Notes under the pieces: model-generated
Seen by the model: the letters and a program-made list of their open reading frames with translations, nothing else
Databases searched by the model: none
What the model was told of the DNA's origin: nothing
Shown here: positions 1 through 9,434 of the stretch, piece by piece
Layout: every line of letters starts with the position of its first letter
How positions within the stretch are numbered: position 1 is the stretch's first letter
IMG/VR virus record: IMGVR_UViG_3300044614_002073
Span: 1-64,000 of that record
DNA: 64,000 nt
Direction: 5' to 3' (one strand)
Source of the DNA: a virus
Taxonomy: Duplodnaviria > Caudoviricetes
Program-made: the position numbers and the translations under genes

Positions 1-651
1 ATAGGAAATCCAACATTTGATGATCTTCCACCAGAACACTTAGAGGAATACTTGCTAAAATTTAAATCTAAAAGCCTAACTATCAATAAGCACTATATTA
101 CAAAAAGTAATACTTTATGGAACCAATATTGGTGTTTAGAAGGAAAAGATGCAAATAATAATTATAAAGGAGTATTCTCTCAACATTACAATCTATTGGT
201 AGACAAAAATGTATTAGTAATTAGTCCATTCTCTGAACTTGTAGAATATCAACATAAAAATAATGTAAATAAACTATTTCATGGTTTTCCTAAGTTTAAT
301 CTGATTACATTCACAACTCCTTATACTTTTTTGAATACTGGACCGCATAATAATTTTTTTGAAACTCTAAATTTTATTTATGATCAAATATCTTTGTTAA
401 ATTTTGATATAGTATTGTTGTCTTGCGGAACATATGCTGCTTTGCTGATTGAAAAAATTAATACTCTTTTAAATAAAGACGCTATCTATATGGGCAGGGG
501 ATGTAATTATATGTTTGGAATAGATCCTCAAAGAGACATAACGCAATTCCCAGATTGGATTATAAATATACCAGATCGCATGATTCCATATGACTTCAAT
601 AAAATAGAGGATGGTATTTATTGGAAAAAACAGACACAAAAAGAAACATAA
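1..651 (+). CDS. Glycan-related protein, GT-D-fold/DUF1792-like (5'-partial)
   Basis: Frame is open from base 1 (IGNPTFDDLPPEHLEEYLL...). Motifs VLVISPF and FDIVLLSCGTYA...AIYMG resemble the DFDIALIGCGAY...AIHLGG family found near glycosyltransferases. Confidence 0.45.
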   Translation: MGNPTFDDLPPEHLEEYLLKFKSKSLTINKHYITKSNTLWNQYWCLEGKDANNNYKGVFSQHYNLLVDKNVLVISPFSELVEYQHKNNVNKLFHGFPKFNLITFTTPYTFLNTGPHNNFFETLNFIYDQISLLNFDIVLLSCGTYAALLIEKINTLLNKDAIYMGRGCNYMFGIDPQRDITQFPDWIINIPDRMIPYDFNKIEDGIYWKKQTQKET

Positions 652-659
652 AGCATTGG

Positions 660-687
660 TTGACACAGCCCCTACCTTTGCTATAAT
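660..687 (+). promoter_or_regulatory. Sigma70-type promoter with extended -10
   Basis: TTGACA (660-665), 16 nt spacer, TG-n-TATAAT (679-687), 6 nt before the ATG at 694. Confidence 0.85.
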
Positions 688-693
688 GATGGT

Positions 694-1161
694 ATGAATC
701 GACCTGAATGGATTGACTATTTTCTAGGATTGGCTAAAGTTGTTTCTCAACGTAGCCACGACATACACACTCAGCACGGATGTGTAATTACTGATAGATA
801 TAACAGAATTTTGAGTGTTGGATATAATGGTTTTCCTAGAAATCTAGATGATACTTTATTGCCTGTTACTAGACCCGATAAGTATCCGTGGATGATTCAT
901 GCCGAAAGAAATGCTTTAAGCAATTGTGTGGTACGTCCGGATAATGGAATAGCTTATGTAACCGGACAAAGTTGCAATGATTGTATTATGGCTTTATGGC
1001 AAGAAGGTGTGACAAAAGTTGTTATGGCAAATAATCACGGAACCCATCTTTTTGACGAAGACGCTCAAAAAAGATTTGATTTGTTTGTCAAACTTAGCGG
1101 TATAGAAATTGTAAAAATTGATCCAGACTTATCTTGGCTCACCAAAGTATCTGGTGTATGA
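694..1161 (+). CDS. dCMP deaminase (ComEB-like)
   Basis: W..YF..LA..V..RS, GYNG, HAERNA and CxxC (SCNDC) zinc-deaminase motifs. Confidence 0.93.
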   Translation: MNRPEWIDYFLGLAKVVSQRSHDIHTQHGCVITDRYNRILSVGYNGFPRNLDDTLLPVTRPDKYPWMIHAERNALSNCVVRPDNGIAYVTGQSCNDCIMALWQEGVTKVVMANNHGTHLFDEDAQKRFDLFVKLSGIEIVKIDPDLSWLTKVSGV

Positions 1162-1275
1162 TATAACATAAACTATTAATTAAAAAGTATGTATCAAAAT
1201 ATTTCTATTATGCTGATGTCACCACTAATCTTTACACAGCAATTCCCAATTTTTATCTGAATCCAAGGAGATATT

Positions 1276-3468
1276 ATGTCAGCTCTGCAAGAATTACAAA
1301 ATTATACTTTTGTTAGTAAATATGCCCGTTGGATAGAAGACAAAAATCGCAGAGAAACATGGAAAGAAGCGGTAGACCGTGTACGCAATATGATGCACAC
1401 CAAATACGCAAATTTTGGAATTGCAGAAGATATTGATTGGGCTTATGATATAATGTATAAAAAGAAAGTATTAGGAAGTCAACGAGCCCTACAATTCGGT
1501 GGTGAACCAATTCTAAAAAGACACGCAAAGATATACAACTGCACAAGTTCGTATTGCGATAGATTACGATTCTTTCAAGAATGTTTTTGGCTACTTCTTT
1601 GTGGAAGTGGTACTGGATTCAGTGTTCAAAAGCATCACGTTGCCAAATTACCAACACTAGAGCATAATCCTCCAGCAGAAGAAGGTATAAAATATACCAT
1701 TGAGGATAGTATCGAGGGTTGGGCGGATGCGCTAGGAGTTTTACTAAGTAGCTATTTTAGTAAGCCTATTGATGAATTCAAGATGTATAAGAATTCTTAT
1801 GTGGTATTTGACTATTCTAATATACGAGCCAAAGGGTCGTCTTTAAGCTCGGGTGTAGGAAAAGCTCCAGGGTTTGAGCCATTAGCTAACGGTCTTGAGA
1901 AGATCAGAGCATTGCTAAATCGTTGCATTGCTAATGGTCAAAAGAAACTTCGTCCTATTGATGCTTATGATATTATCATGCATAGTAGCGACGCTGTGTT
2001 AAGTGGTGGAGTTCGTCGTTCTGCAAGTTTAGCATTGTTCAGTGCTGATGATGAGGAAATGGCAAAGGCCAAAACAGGTAACTGGTTTATTGAAAATCCT
2101 CAAAGAGCACGAAGCAACAACTCTGCATTGTTGTTAAAAGACGAAACAACTTTTGAAGAATTCGAAAAATTGATGGCTAGTGTAAAAGAATTTGGAGAAC
2201 CAGGATTTATCTGGAGTGATTCTACAGAAATGACATTTAATCCATGCGTAGAAGTAGGCATGTGGCCTGTAGACGAAGAAAGTGGTAAAAGTGGATGGCA
2301 AGGTTGTAATCTATCAACTATCAATTGTTCTAGTGTAGTAGATGAGAATGATTTCTTTGAAAGATGCAGAGCCGCTGCTATTATCGGCACTCTACAAGCA
2401 GGATTTACTGAATTAGATTATCTTGGAGATATTAGTAAAAAAATCTTTGAAAGAGAAGCTCTTTTGGGAGTATCTCTCACAGGTATCATGGAAAAGCATG
2501 ATCTTGTATTAACTGAGCAAGTTCTTAAAGAAGGAGCAAAAATTGCTGTAGAAACCAATAAGATTTTTGCTAAGAAGATTAAGATCAATCAAGCGGCCAG
2601 GGTAACGTGCCTTAAGCCAGAAGGTACTAGTTCTAGTATGTTGGGAACAAGCTCTGGCATCCATCCACATCACGCCAAACGCTATATCCGTCACGTACAG
2701 GCCAATGTTTTAGAAGCACCATACCAACACTTTAAGAAGGTAAACCCGCAAGCCTGTCAGAAATCTGCTTGGTCGGCTAATAATACTGATGAAGTGATCA
2801 AATTCCCGATAGAAGTTCCAGATGGAGCAAAGCTTAAGAATCAATTACCAGCAGTAGAAATGTTAGCAATCGTAAAAGATACTCAAAAAAACTGGGTATA
2901 TTCTGGTAAAAATAGATCATTATGTACCCAAGAATACTTGAGTCATAATGTTAGCAATACGGTAACGGTTAAGCCTGACGAATGGGATGATGTAACATCA
3001 TATATTTATCAAAACCGTAAATATTTTGCTGGTATTAGCTTAATTCCACAAAGCGGAGATAAAGACTATCCACAAGCTCCGTTTACTACTGTTTATACAA
3101 GTAGAGAAATTGTTAAAGAGTACGGTGACGCGGCATTATGGTGTTCTGGTTTAATAGAACTAGCACTTAACGCTTTTGATAATAATTTGTGGGCAGCTTG
3201 TGATTACGTTGCTATGAACCAAGCAAAAGAAGAAGATACTACAGAGAAATTAGTATTTATAACCAAAATGAAAAATTTTGCTGGTAAATATTTTGATAGC
3301 GATATCAAGAGACTGACATACTGCATGAAGGATGTATATAACTGGAAAATTTATTGTGATTTGTTCAATAGCTTTAATAAGGTCGATTATACACAACTAT
3401 TGGAAACAGAGGACAATACGCTAGGAATAGAGGAAATTAGTTGTGCTGGCGGCGCATGTCTAATTTAA
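1276..3468 (+). CDS. nrdJ: Class II adenosylcobalamin-dependent ribonucleotide reductase (monomeric RTPR-like)
   Basis: RETW.E.V.R, YNC, GGVRRSA, finger-loop NPCVE, CNL, KPEGT and C-terminal CAGGAC redox pair. RBS AAGGAG; no adjacent NrdB. Confidence 0.92.
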   Translation: MSALQELQNYTFVSKYARWIEDKNRRETWKEAVDRVRNMMHTKYANFGIAEDIDWAYDIMYKKKVLGSQRALQFGGEPILKRHAKIYNCTSSYCDRLRFFQECFWLLLCGSGTGFSVQKHHVAKLPTLEHNPPAEEGIKYTIEDSIEGWADALGVLLSSYFSKPIDEFKMYKNSYVVFDYSNIRAKGSSLSSGVGKAPGFEPLANGLEKIRALLNRCIANGQKKLRPIDAYDIIMHSSDAVLSGGVRRSASLALFSADDEEMAKAKTGNWFIENPQRARSNNSALLLKDETTFEEFEKLMASVKEFGEPGFIWSDSTEMTFNPCVEVGMWPVDEESGKSGWQGCNLSTINCSSVVDENDFFERCRAAAIIGTLQAGFTELDYLGDISKKIFEREALLGVSLTGIMEKHDLVLTEQVLKEGAKIAVETNKIFAKKIKINQAARVTCLKPEGTSSSMLGTSSGIHPHHAKRYIRHVQANVLEAPYQHFKKVNPQACQKSAWSANNTDEVIKFPIEVPDGAKLKNQLPAVEMLAIVKDTQKNWVYSGKNRSLCTQEYLSHNVSNTVTVKPDEWDDVTSYIYQNRKYFAGISLIPQSGDKDYPQAPFTTVYTSREIVKEYGDAALWCSGLIELALNAFDNNLWAACDYVAMNQAKEEDTTEKLVFITKMKNFAGKYFDSDIKRLTYCMKDVYNWKIYCDLFNSFNKVDYTQLLETEDNTLGIEEISCAGGACLI

Positions 3469-3492
3469 TCCTTTTTCCCTAGGGGTAATACA

Positions 3493-4239
3493 TTGAGAAA
3501 AAATAATAAAAATGCCAAAAAACGCAAGAATGCTATAGACTTAACTGATTCTCTTTTGGAACCACAAAATCAACCAACTTATGGTTTCAAAAATAGACTT
3601 AAGCCCCGTAGTAAAAATCAACAAGAATACATAAGAACAGCAGCGGAGAACAACATCACTTTATGTCATGGTGTAGCGGGTAGTGGTAAAACACACATCG
3701 CTATAGGTATGGCAATCGAATACTTATTGGACAAGAAAGTACAAAAAATAGTCATCACCAGACCAGTAGTAGAATCCGGAGAAAAAATCGGATATTTACC
3801 TGGAACTGCTGAGGAAAAATTGCATCCTTATTTGTTACCAATATTAGATGAAATTAACTATTTTATATCGTCAGGAGAATATAATTCACACAAAACTAAT
3901 AATCGTATAGAAGTAGTGCCTCTTGGTCTAATGAGAGGTAGAAATTTCCATAATACTTTTATTGTTGCCGATGAATGTCAAAATGCATCTTATGATCAAC
4001 TTAAGATGTTATTAACAAGAATTGGTATGAATAGCAAAATGATCTTGACTGGAGATACATCTCAATCAGATTTAATGAAGAATGCTCGTGGAGGATTTGA
4101 AACTATTACTGATGCTTTAACAGAGTTAGAGGGTGTAGGCATTGCCAAACTTGATTATGGCGATATTGTCAGACATCCGATCATAGAGAAAATTTTAGTG
4201 AGACTAGATAGTTTAGAAAACTATGGAAAGAAAACATAA
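3493..4239 (+). CDS. phoH: PhoH-like ATPase
   Basis: GVAGSGKT, TRPVVE.GEKIGYLPG, MRGRNF, DECQN, LTRIG, GD..QSDL, DIVRHP. TTG start. Confidence 0.95.
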   Translation: MRKNNKNAKKRKNAIDLTDSLLEPQNQPTYGFKNRLKPRSKNQQEYIRTAAENNITLCHGVAGSGKTHIAIGMAIEYLLDKKVQKIVITRPVVESGEKIGYLPGTAEEKLHPYLLPILDEINYFISSGEYNSHKTNNRIEVVPLGLMRGRNFHNTFIVADECQNASYDQLKMLLTRIGMNSKMILTGDTSQSDLMKNARGGFETITDALTELEGVGIAKLDYGDIVRHPIIEKILVRLDSLENYGKKT

Positions 4240-4804
4240 ACGATGCCTAATACTAAATGCTGATTACTCATTATTGACTATTATAGATTGGCAAAAGGCC
4301 ATTATATTATCCATGCGTAATCAGGAGAATAGTAAGAAAGGTATAGAAATACTAGATTTTTACAAAGATGATTATATAGCTGGTATCAACAATAAAAAAT
4401 ACCCTATACCAGCAGTAGCTAAAACTGTTAGGTACTTAAAAGTATTTAATCATCAGGTAAAATTTTCTAGGAAAAATCTATTCATTAGAGATGGATTCAC
4501 TTGCCAATATTGTGGTTGTCGTAAAGACATGGCCGAACTAACATACGACCATGTAATACCTAAATCTTCTTGGTCGAATGACAGAGGATCACCAACTTCT
4601 TGGACTAATATTGTAACAGCATGTATCCCTTGTAATAGAAAAAAAGGAAATAAAACGCCAGCACAAGCTAATATGCCAATAAAGAATTTGCCAATTATTC
4701 CAAAAAGAAATGAAAAATACTTGCCTGTAGCCGCCTACCTTTCTAACATAAAGCACAGTATTCCAGAAGAGTGGATTTACTATATTCCCGGATCATATCA
4801 ATAA
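4223..4804 (+). CDS. HNH endonuclease (McrA-like)
   Basis: LILNADY, RD.FTCQYCG, TYDHVIP, W.NIVTAC..CN..KGNKTP. Confidence 0.92.
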   Translation: MERKHKRCLILNADYSLLTIIDWQKAIILSMRNQENSKKGIEILDFYKDDYIAGINNKKYPIPAVAKTVRYLKVFNHQVKFSRKNLFIRDGFTCQYCGCRKDMAELTYDHVIPKSSWSNDRGSPTSWTNIVTACIPCNRKKGNKTPAQANMPIKNLPIIPKRNEKYLPVAAYLSNIKHSIPEEWIYYIPGSYQ

Positions 4805-5205
4805 TGCCAATATATTCTTACGCTTGCAATAAATGCAATGATAAATTTGAGTTGTTTTTCTCTTATGCTAAATACGATAGTCAGCCTCAATGTCCAAAAT
4901 GTATGTCTAGTATCCATACTTCCAGACTATATGTAGAGGATGCTTTGACTATTAGTGCCAGCGTTAAAAAGGCTGACTCAGAATTGAAAACCATAGGAGA
5001 CTTAGCCAATAGGAATAGAGATAGACTTTCCGACGACGAAAAAGTAGCTCTACACAACAAGCACAATTCATATAAAGAACAAGAACAACAAAAAGAATTA
5101 CCTAAAGGAATGTCAAGAATACCTAAAAGCAAAAAAACACAATGGACAGATGCACCTCGTACTAAGGTTAAAAGAAAAGTTAATGAGAAAAAACGTAATT
5201 CATAA
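4804..5205 (+). CDS. FmdB-family zinc-ribbon protein
   Basis: MPIYSYACNKC...FE...CPKC. Start placed at ATG 4804, overlapping the upstream stop (TAATG). Confidence 0.8.
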   Translation: MPIYSYACNKCNDKFELFFSYAKYDSQPQCPKCMSSIHTSRLYVEDALTISASVKKADSELKTIGDLANRNRDRLSDDEKVALHNKHNSYKEQEQQKELPKGMSRIPKSKKTQWTDAPRTKVKRKVNEKKRNS

Positions 5206-5581
5206 TATATCAAATATTGATGGTATAACAGAGTATTACACTCTTAAGGGTCAGGAAGATTTTTTGGACGAGGATGGGTTTCCTAGAATAAATAATCCAA
5301 ACTCTTCAAAAGTCTATGCTAAATGTATAAGAAATAAATTAAGCAAAAACTTTAATGGGAACAACCGCTTTAGATTTTATATTACATCAAAAGCAAATAA
5401 TAAGCCATACAATCCTATACAAAATAAAGCCATACCAGAGGCTTACGAATTTGTAAATTCTGTTTGCAAAGGCGGAATAGTTTTTGTAGAAGTAAATCAA
5501 ACCACTTTTCAGAAATATATCGAATTTTTAAAATCTAAAAACACCAGATGGCTTCTAGACATAGAAAGAGAGGGCTTATGA
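5183..5581 (+). CDS. Hypothetical phage protein (tandem paralog 1)
   Basis: ORF in operon; shares DF.D.D..PR, KPYNP and VNQ..F..Y..FL..KN..WL...ERE with the next gene. Confidence 0.7.
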   Translation: MRKNVIHNISNIDGITEYYTLKGQEDFLDEDGFPRINNPNSSKVYAKCIRNKLSKNFNGNNRFRFYITSKANNKPYNPIQNKAIPEAYEFVNSVCKGGIVFVEVNQTTFQKYIEFLKSKNTRWLLDIEREGL

Positions 5582-5970
5582 GAATGCCTGATACAGATAC
5601 GCACATTTTCCAGATGAGCAGAGATAAAGGCGGTGATGATAGTACATTTTATGCTTTTATCGATGATTGCGATTTTATGGATAAGGACAATAATCCTAGA
5701 TCTAATACAGAAGAGAGTCCAAAAACTCTTGCTAAATCAGTATCCAGAGATGATAACAGTACCAAATTCATGATTAAGGTAGATTATCAATATAAACCAT
5801 ATAATCCATTATCTATTTATGGGAACAAGGCTTCCTATAGGGGTATGGATCAGACTAGACCAGCGTCAAAATTTATCGGAGTTAATCAAAGAGCATTTAG
5901 TGCCTATTTAAACTTTTTACGTACAAAAAATACTTCATGGCTTCATAATACAGAAAGAGAGATGCAGTAA
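5578..5970 (+). CDS. Hypothetical phage protein (tandem paralog 2)
   Basis: ATGA overlap with the upstream stop; same motif set as 5183..5581. Confidence 0.7.
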   Translation: MRMPDTDTHIFQMSRDKGGDDSTFYAFIDDCDFMDKDNNPRSNTEESPKTLAKSVSRDDNSTKFMIKVDYQYKPYNPLSIYGNKASYRGMDQTRPASKFIGVNQRAFSAYLNFLRTKNTSWLHNTEREMQ

Positions 5971-6305
5971 TGGCTAAACTTAGTAAGTTACATATCTATT
6001 CTATACAATGGCTGAATAGTCAGGGACATTCCATAGACCAAATTTCTGACGAGCTAGATATCTCATCAAAACAAGTGTCATCTGCTCTAGAAAAGGTAGC
6101 CAGTGTGGGAGACAAGGCGAGTATTCCTGTTACTACTTCCAAGGTGGGAAACTATCCCAATTTGATGATCAATCAGACCTCTGCTAAAAAGAGTAAGTCC
6201 GTAGCGATTATGACAAAGGAAGCGTCAGAACAACACGATGCTGCCAGATCAAAATTGGTATCTAACTCTAACAAAACAAAAGGTATTTTTCGTCCCAGAC
6301 CTTAA
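5970..6305 (+). CDS. Putative helix-turn-helix DNA-binding protein
   Basis: N-terminal QGHSIDQISDELDISSKQVSSAL fits an HTH pattern. Confidence 0.55.
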   Translation: MAKLSKLHIYSIQWLNSQGHSIDQISDELDISSKQVSSALEKVASVGDKASIPVTTSKVGNYPNLMINQTSAKKSKSVAIMTKEASEQHDAARSKLVSNSNKTKGIFRPRP

Positions 6306-6314
6306 TAATAATCA

Positions 6315-6740
6315 ATGAGCAATAAATATCCATCTAAGTATTCAAATGACAAACTAGTTTCGGCAGCACAGTATATTACAGAGCTTATATGTGAGAAAAA
6401 GGCCTTATTGCAAAAAGAAGATCTACATACCAAATTTTGGTTAACAAAAAAATGGGCTGCTTACTATCGTAATCAAATAGCTACAGCTAATAAACTTACA
6501 AAAAAATATAATGCTAAAGCTATAATAAGAGCGTTGAATAGTCAGCAAGCACAAAAAATATACTCCCTGCGAGCACCTCATCTTCTTGCTATTATAGAGC
6601 GTGAAGAAGCTAAATTGCAAACAGAAAACAATGAAATTTCCAAACCTCTGGATAGATCAGAAAAAACATCTTTTAGACAAACACATAAGAATTCAAAATC
6701 CATCTTTTCTAAACTACAGGATATAGACAATGGCTCTTAA
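6315..6740 (+). CDS. Hypothetical basic protein
   Basis: 141 aa ORF coupled to recA; no recognised motif. Confidence 0.6.
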   Translation: MSNKYPSKYSNDKLVSAAQYITELICEKKALLQKEDLHTKFWLTKKWAAYYRNQIATANKLTKKYNAKAIIRALNSQQAQKIYSLRAPHLLAIIEREEAKLQTENNEISKPLDRSEKTSFRQTHKNSKSIFSKLQDIDNGS

Positions 6741-7746
6741 AGAAGATATTACAAAAACATTCGGATCCAATATTATTTTATCTGGCAATGCTATAGTAGA
6801 CAAAAAGTCTATTGTCATGTCTGTTAGTCCAGCTTTGGATATGATATTAAATGGAGGTATACCAGAAGGAAGTTTTGTTGTATTTACAGGGCAGCCAAAA
6901 TGCGGCAAAACAACATCGGCATTAACATTTGCTGCGGCAGCACAAAGCGAAATATACCAGGGAGATCTCAAGAAGCCAAGAAATGTCTATTATCTCAATA
7001 TCGAGGGGCGACTAAAGAAAAGAGATTTAGAGGGTATTCCCAATATAGATCTAGCTAGATTTAATGTTATAGGTTCTCAAGAAGGCAAAATTTTACACGC
7101 AGAAGAATATTTACAAATTGCTGAAAGAATTATTAATGAAGAGCCAGGAAGTATCCTTATCATAGACTCATACTCAGCCCTGTGTACAGAAGCCGAAATC
7201 ACAAGCGATATGGATAAAATGCAAAGAGCAGACGGAGCTAAACTATTAGCAAAGTTTTGTCGCAAAGTAGCTAATGTTATTCCCGTTAATAGAAATGTGG
7301 TAATAGGTATTACTCACTTAATGGGTAATCCTACAGGATACGGTGCTGAGTTCAAGGAAAAGAGCGGTCAAGCCATAGCATATCAAACAGACATCAAACT
7401 AAGAGCCAAGTCTTTTAAGCCCTGGACAGTTGGTACTGAGGCAACTCAAATAGGACAAGAAGTTGAGTGGCAAGTCTTGTGTTCAGCACTTGGGCCACCG
7501 GGTGGTAATATTACTAGTTATATTCGTTATGGTCATGGTATAGATAAGCATATGGAGTTAGTCACCTTAGCATCTGATATGGGTCTAATTAATAAGGGTG
7601 GAGCATGGTACACATTGGACTTCATGAAGGGAGAAAAACCAAAACTGCAAGGAGCAGAAAAGGTTAGGCAATATCTAATAGACAATCCAAAGATATACGA
7701 CGAACTTTATCAAGAAGTCAAAAATACTATCGGAATAAAATGCTAA
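6730..7746 (+). CDS. recA: RecA/UvsX-like recombinase
   Basis: LD.IL.GGIP.G, Walker A GQPKCGKT, Walker B ILIIDS, C-terminal GID...EL...G.I.K.GAWY...QG.EK. Confidence 0.9.
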   Translation: MALKEDITKTFGSNIILSGNAIVDKKSIVMSVSPALDMILNGGIPEGSFVVFTGQPKCGKTTSALTFAAAAQSEIYQGDLKKPRNVYYLNIEGRLKKRDLEGIPNIDLARFNVIGSQEGKILHAEEYLQIAERIINEEPGSILIIDSYSALCTEAEITSDMDKMQRADGAKLLAKFCRKVANVIPVNRNVVIGITHLMGNPTGYGAEFKEKSGQAIAYQTDIKLRAKSFKPWTVGTEATQIGQEVEWQVLCSALGPPGGNITSYIRYGHGIDKHMELVTLASDMGLINKGGAWYTLDFMKGEKPKLQGAEKVRQYLIDNPKIYDELYQEVKNTIGIKC

Positions 7747-8147
7747 TTGTAGATTTGGACAATAATGAACACACTTGGTCATTAGTTGGAAACTATGTTC
7801 ATGCTAAACAGCAAAATAAATCTTCTTTGCATTTAAGAGCAAGGGCATTGTTGTCGAGTTTATATCCTACATTACAGGTTCTAGAGGAAGTACCAATTCC
7901 TTTGCGTAAATCCGAAACTTTATATCTTGATTTTTATTTACCACTTAGTAAAACATGCATAGAGACTCATGGAGAGCAGCACTATAAATTTATAGGACAT
8001 TATCACCATACTAAACTGAATTTTCTAAAGCATCAAAAGAGAGATAGAGAAAAAGCTGAGTGGTGTAGAATAAATAATATTCAATATATAGAATTACCAT
8101 ATGATGAAACTGATGAACAGTGGACTAATAGGATAAAAGGATCATGA
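7740..8147 (+). CDS. DUF559/Vsr-like PD-(D/E)XK endonuclease
   Basis: E...LYLDFYLP...IETHGEQH...RD..K..WC..NNI..IELPY. Confidence 0.7.
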   Translation: MLIVDLDNNEHTWSLVGNYVHAKQQNKSSLHLRARALLSSLYPTLQVLEEVPIPLRKSETLYLDFYLPLSKTCIETHGEQHYKFIGHYHHTKLNFLKHQKRDREKAEWCRINNIQYIELPYDETDEQWTNRIKGS

Positions 8148-8629
8148 ATACAAAAGAGCAAGTTGAAGAATGGGATCGAGTTTTAGACGAATACGAAAAG
8201 TCTATTGGTATAGGGAAATATACGGATGTTCATGGATTTACAAATGAAGAAATCAATGGATATTTTACAATGTCTAGGGACACTATAGAAAAACTTATGC
8301 CAGAAGATTGTGCCCAAATTGCTCTTAGACTATCCCAATATGCTCTTTTCTTACAAAGAACTCTTAATAGAGAAATAGCTAGATACAATTGGGCTGAGGA
8401 ATCTATTAAAGAAACCATAGCTGACGAAATTAATAATTACAAAGGATATGGTTTTATAGAAAAATCACTCCAAGCTATCAAGCACAATGATAAAGCCAGC
8501 GGATTAAATAAGATCAAAAAATATGCCAAACAAAGAATGGATAGATTGTCTTATATAGCCAATAATATCAAAAATTTATCTGATATACTTTTAGCTGTAC
8601 AAAAAACAAAGGTGAAACATGGATCTTAA
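8144..8629 (+). CDS. Hypothetical helical protein (possibly a UvsY-like recombination mediator)
   Basis: Coiled-coil-like 161 aa ORF two genes after recA; function inferred from context only. Confidence 0.45.
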   Translation: MNTKEQVEEWDRVLDEYEKSIGIGKYTDVHGFTNEEINGYFTMSRDTIEKLMPEDCAQIALRLSQYALFLQRTLNREIARYNWAEESIKETIADEINNYKGYGFIEKSLQAIKHNDKASGLNKIKKYAKQRMDRLSYIANNIKNLSDILLAVQKTKVKHGS

Positions 8630-8999
8630 TGATTTAGCAAAAAACCCAGAACAAGTTCAAGCACTGATTACTCTACTCTCTTCTTTACTACCACAAAATG
8701 ACAAAGTAGAGACTGATGAGGAAGCTCCAACAAACAACATTAGAACTAAAAAGGTTAAAAGAGACAAGAAGAAAAACAACAACAAGTTCTTGTCTATGCC
8801 AGAATTTAAAATGCACAAAGAAGATGTTGAAATTGACAAACTTCTTCAGGTGCATCCTCCCACAGCAAGACAGCGAGACACTCCTTTAGTAGATGTTGTA
8901 TGTCGCGTCTGCGGAAAAAAAGAGACAGTATCAACCACACTTGCCTCGGAAAACCGAGGACGCTATAAGTGTAATACATGCTCAACGAACGCGGGGTAA
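8619..8999 (+). CDS. Hypothetical protein with C-terminal zinc ribbon
   Basis: CRVC...CNTC. Confidence 0.6.
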   Translation: MDLNDLAKNPEQVQALITLLSSLLPQNDKVETDEEAPTNNIRTKKVKRDKKKNNNKFLSMPEFKMHKEDVEIDKLLQVHPPTARQRDTPLVDVVCRVCGKKETVSTTLASENRGRYKCNTCSTNAG

Positions 9000-9002
9000 T
9001 CC

Positions 9003-9434
9003 ATGATAACAGACAATATTATAGCATCCTTATCTGATGAAGAAAGAGAATTGCTACTAAAACTATATACTAAGATAGCGGAAAATGAACATAAGCGTCA
9101 CAACAGTGACGATGATATATATTTTGAACCAACAGAGAAAACACCATCTCAAGAGGAAATACTCCAACAAATAGAACATGATTCTATTCATCAATATGAT
9201 GAGATTAAAAATGGTGAAGCGATAATGGACACGCCTGTAGAATTGATCTTTAATGTAAATGGTGTTGTATTTGAAAAAAATACTTTAGGTGAGATTATCA
9301 GACAAAGCGATCTTTTCGTCAAGAGTTATCATGTTCCACTTGTAAACCACAATCAGATTAAAGAATATATAGAAAAGTTTTTCCAAAAATTTGCATCAAC
9401 GCTAGAAGCCACAGCAAAGGAAGTAATTGAGTGA
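9003..9434 (+). CDS. Hypothetical acidic protein
   Basis: 143 aa ORF coupled to dnaB (GTGA overlap). Confidence 0.55.
   Translation: MITDNIIASLSDEERELLLKLYTKIAENEHKRHNSDDDIYFEPTEKTPSQEEILQQIEHDSIHQYDEIKNGEAIMDTPVELIFNVNGVVFEKNTLGEIIRQSDLFVKSYHVPLVNHNQIKEYIEKFFQKFASTLEATAKEVIE

Noticed and set aside
1162-1275. Cobalamin riboswitch or NrdR boxes upstream of nrdJ
   Set aside because: The spacer is short and AT-rich, with no B12-box and no convincing tandem NrdR palindromes.
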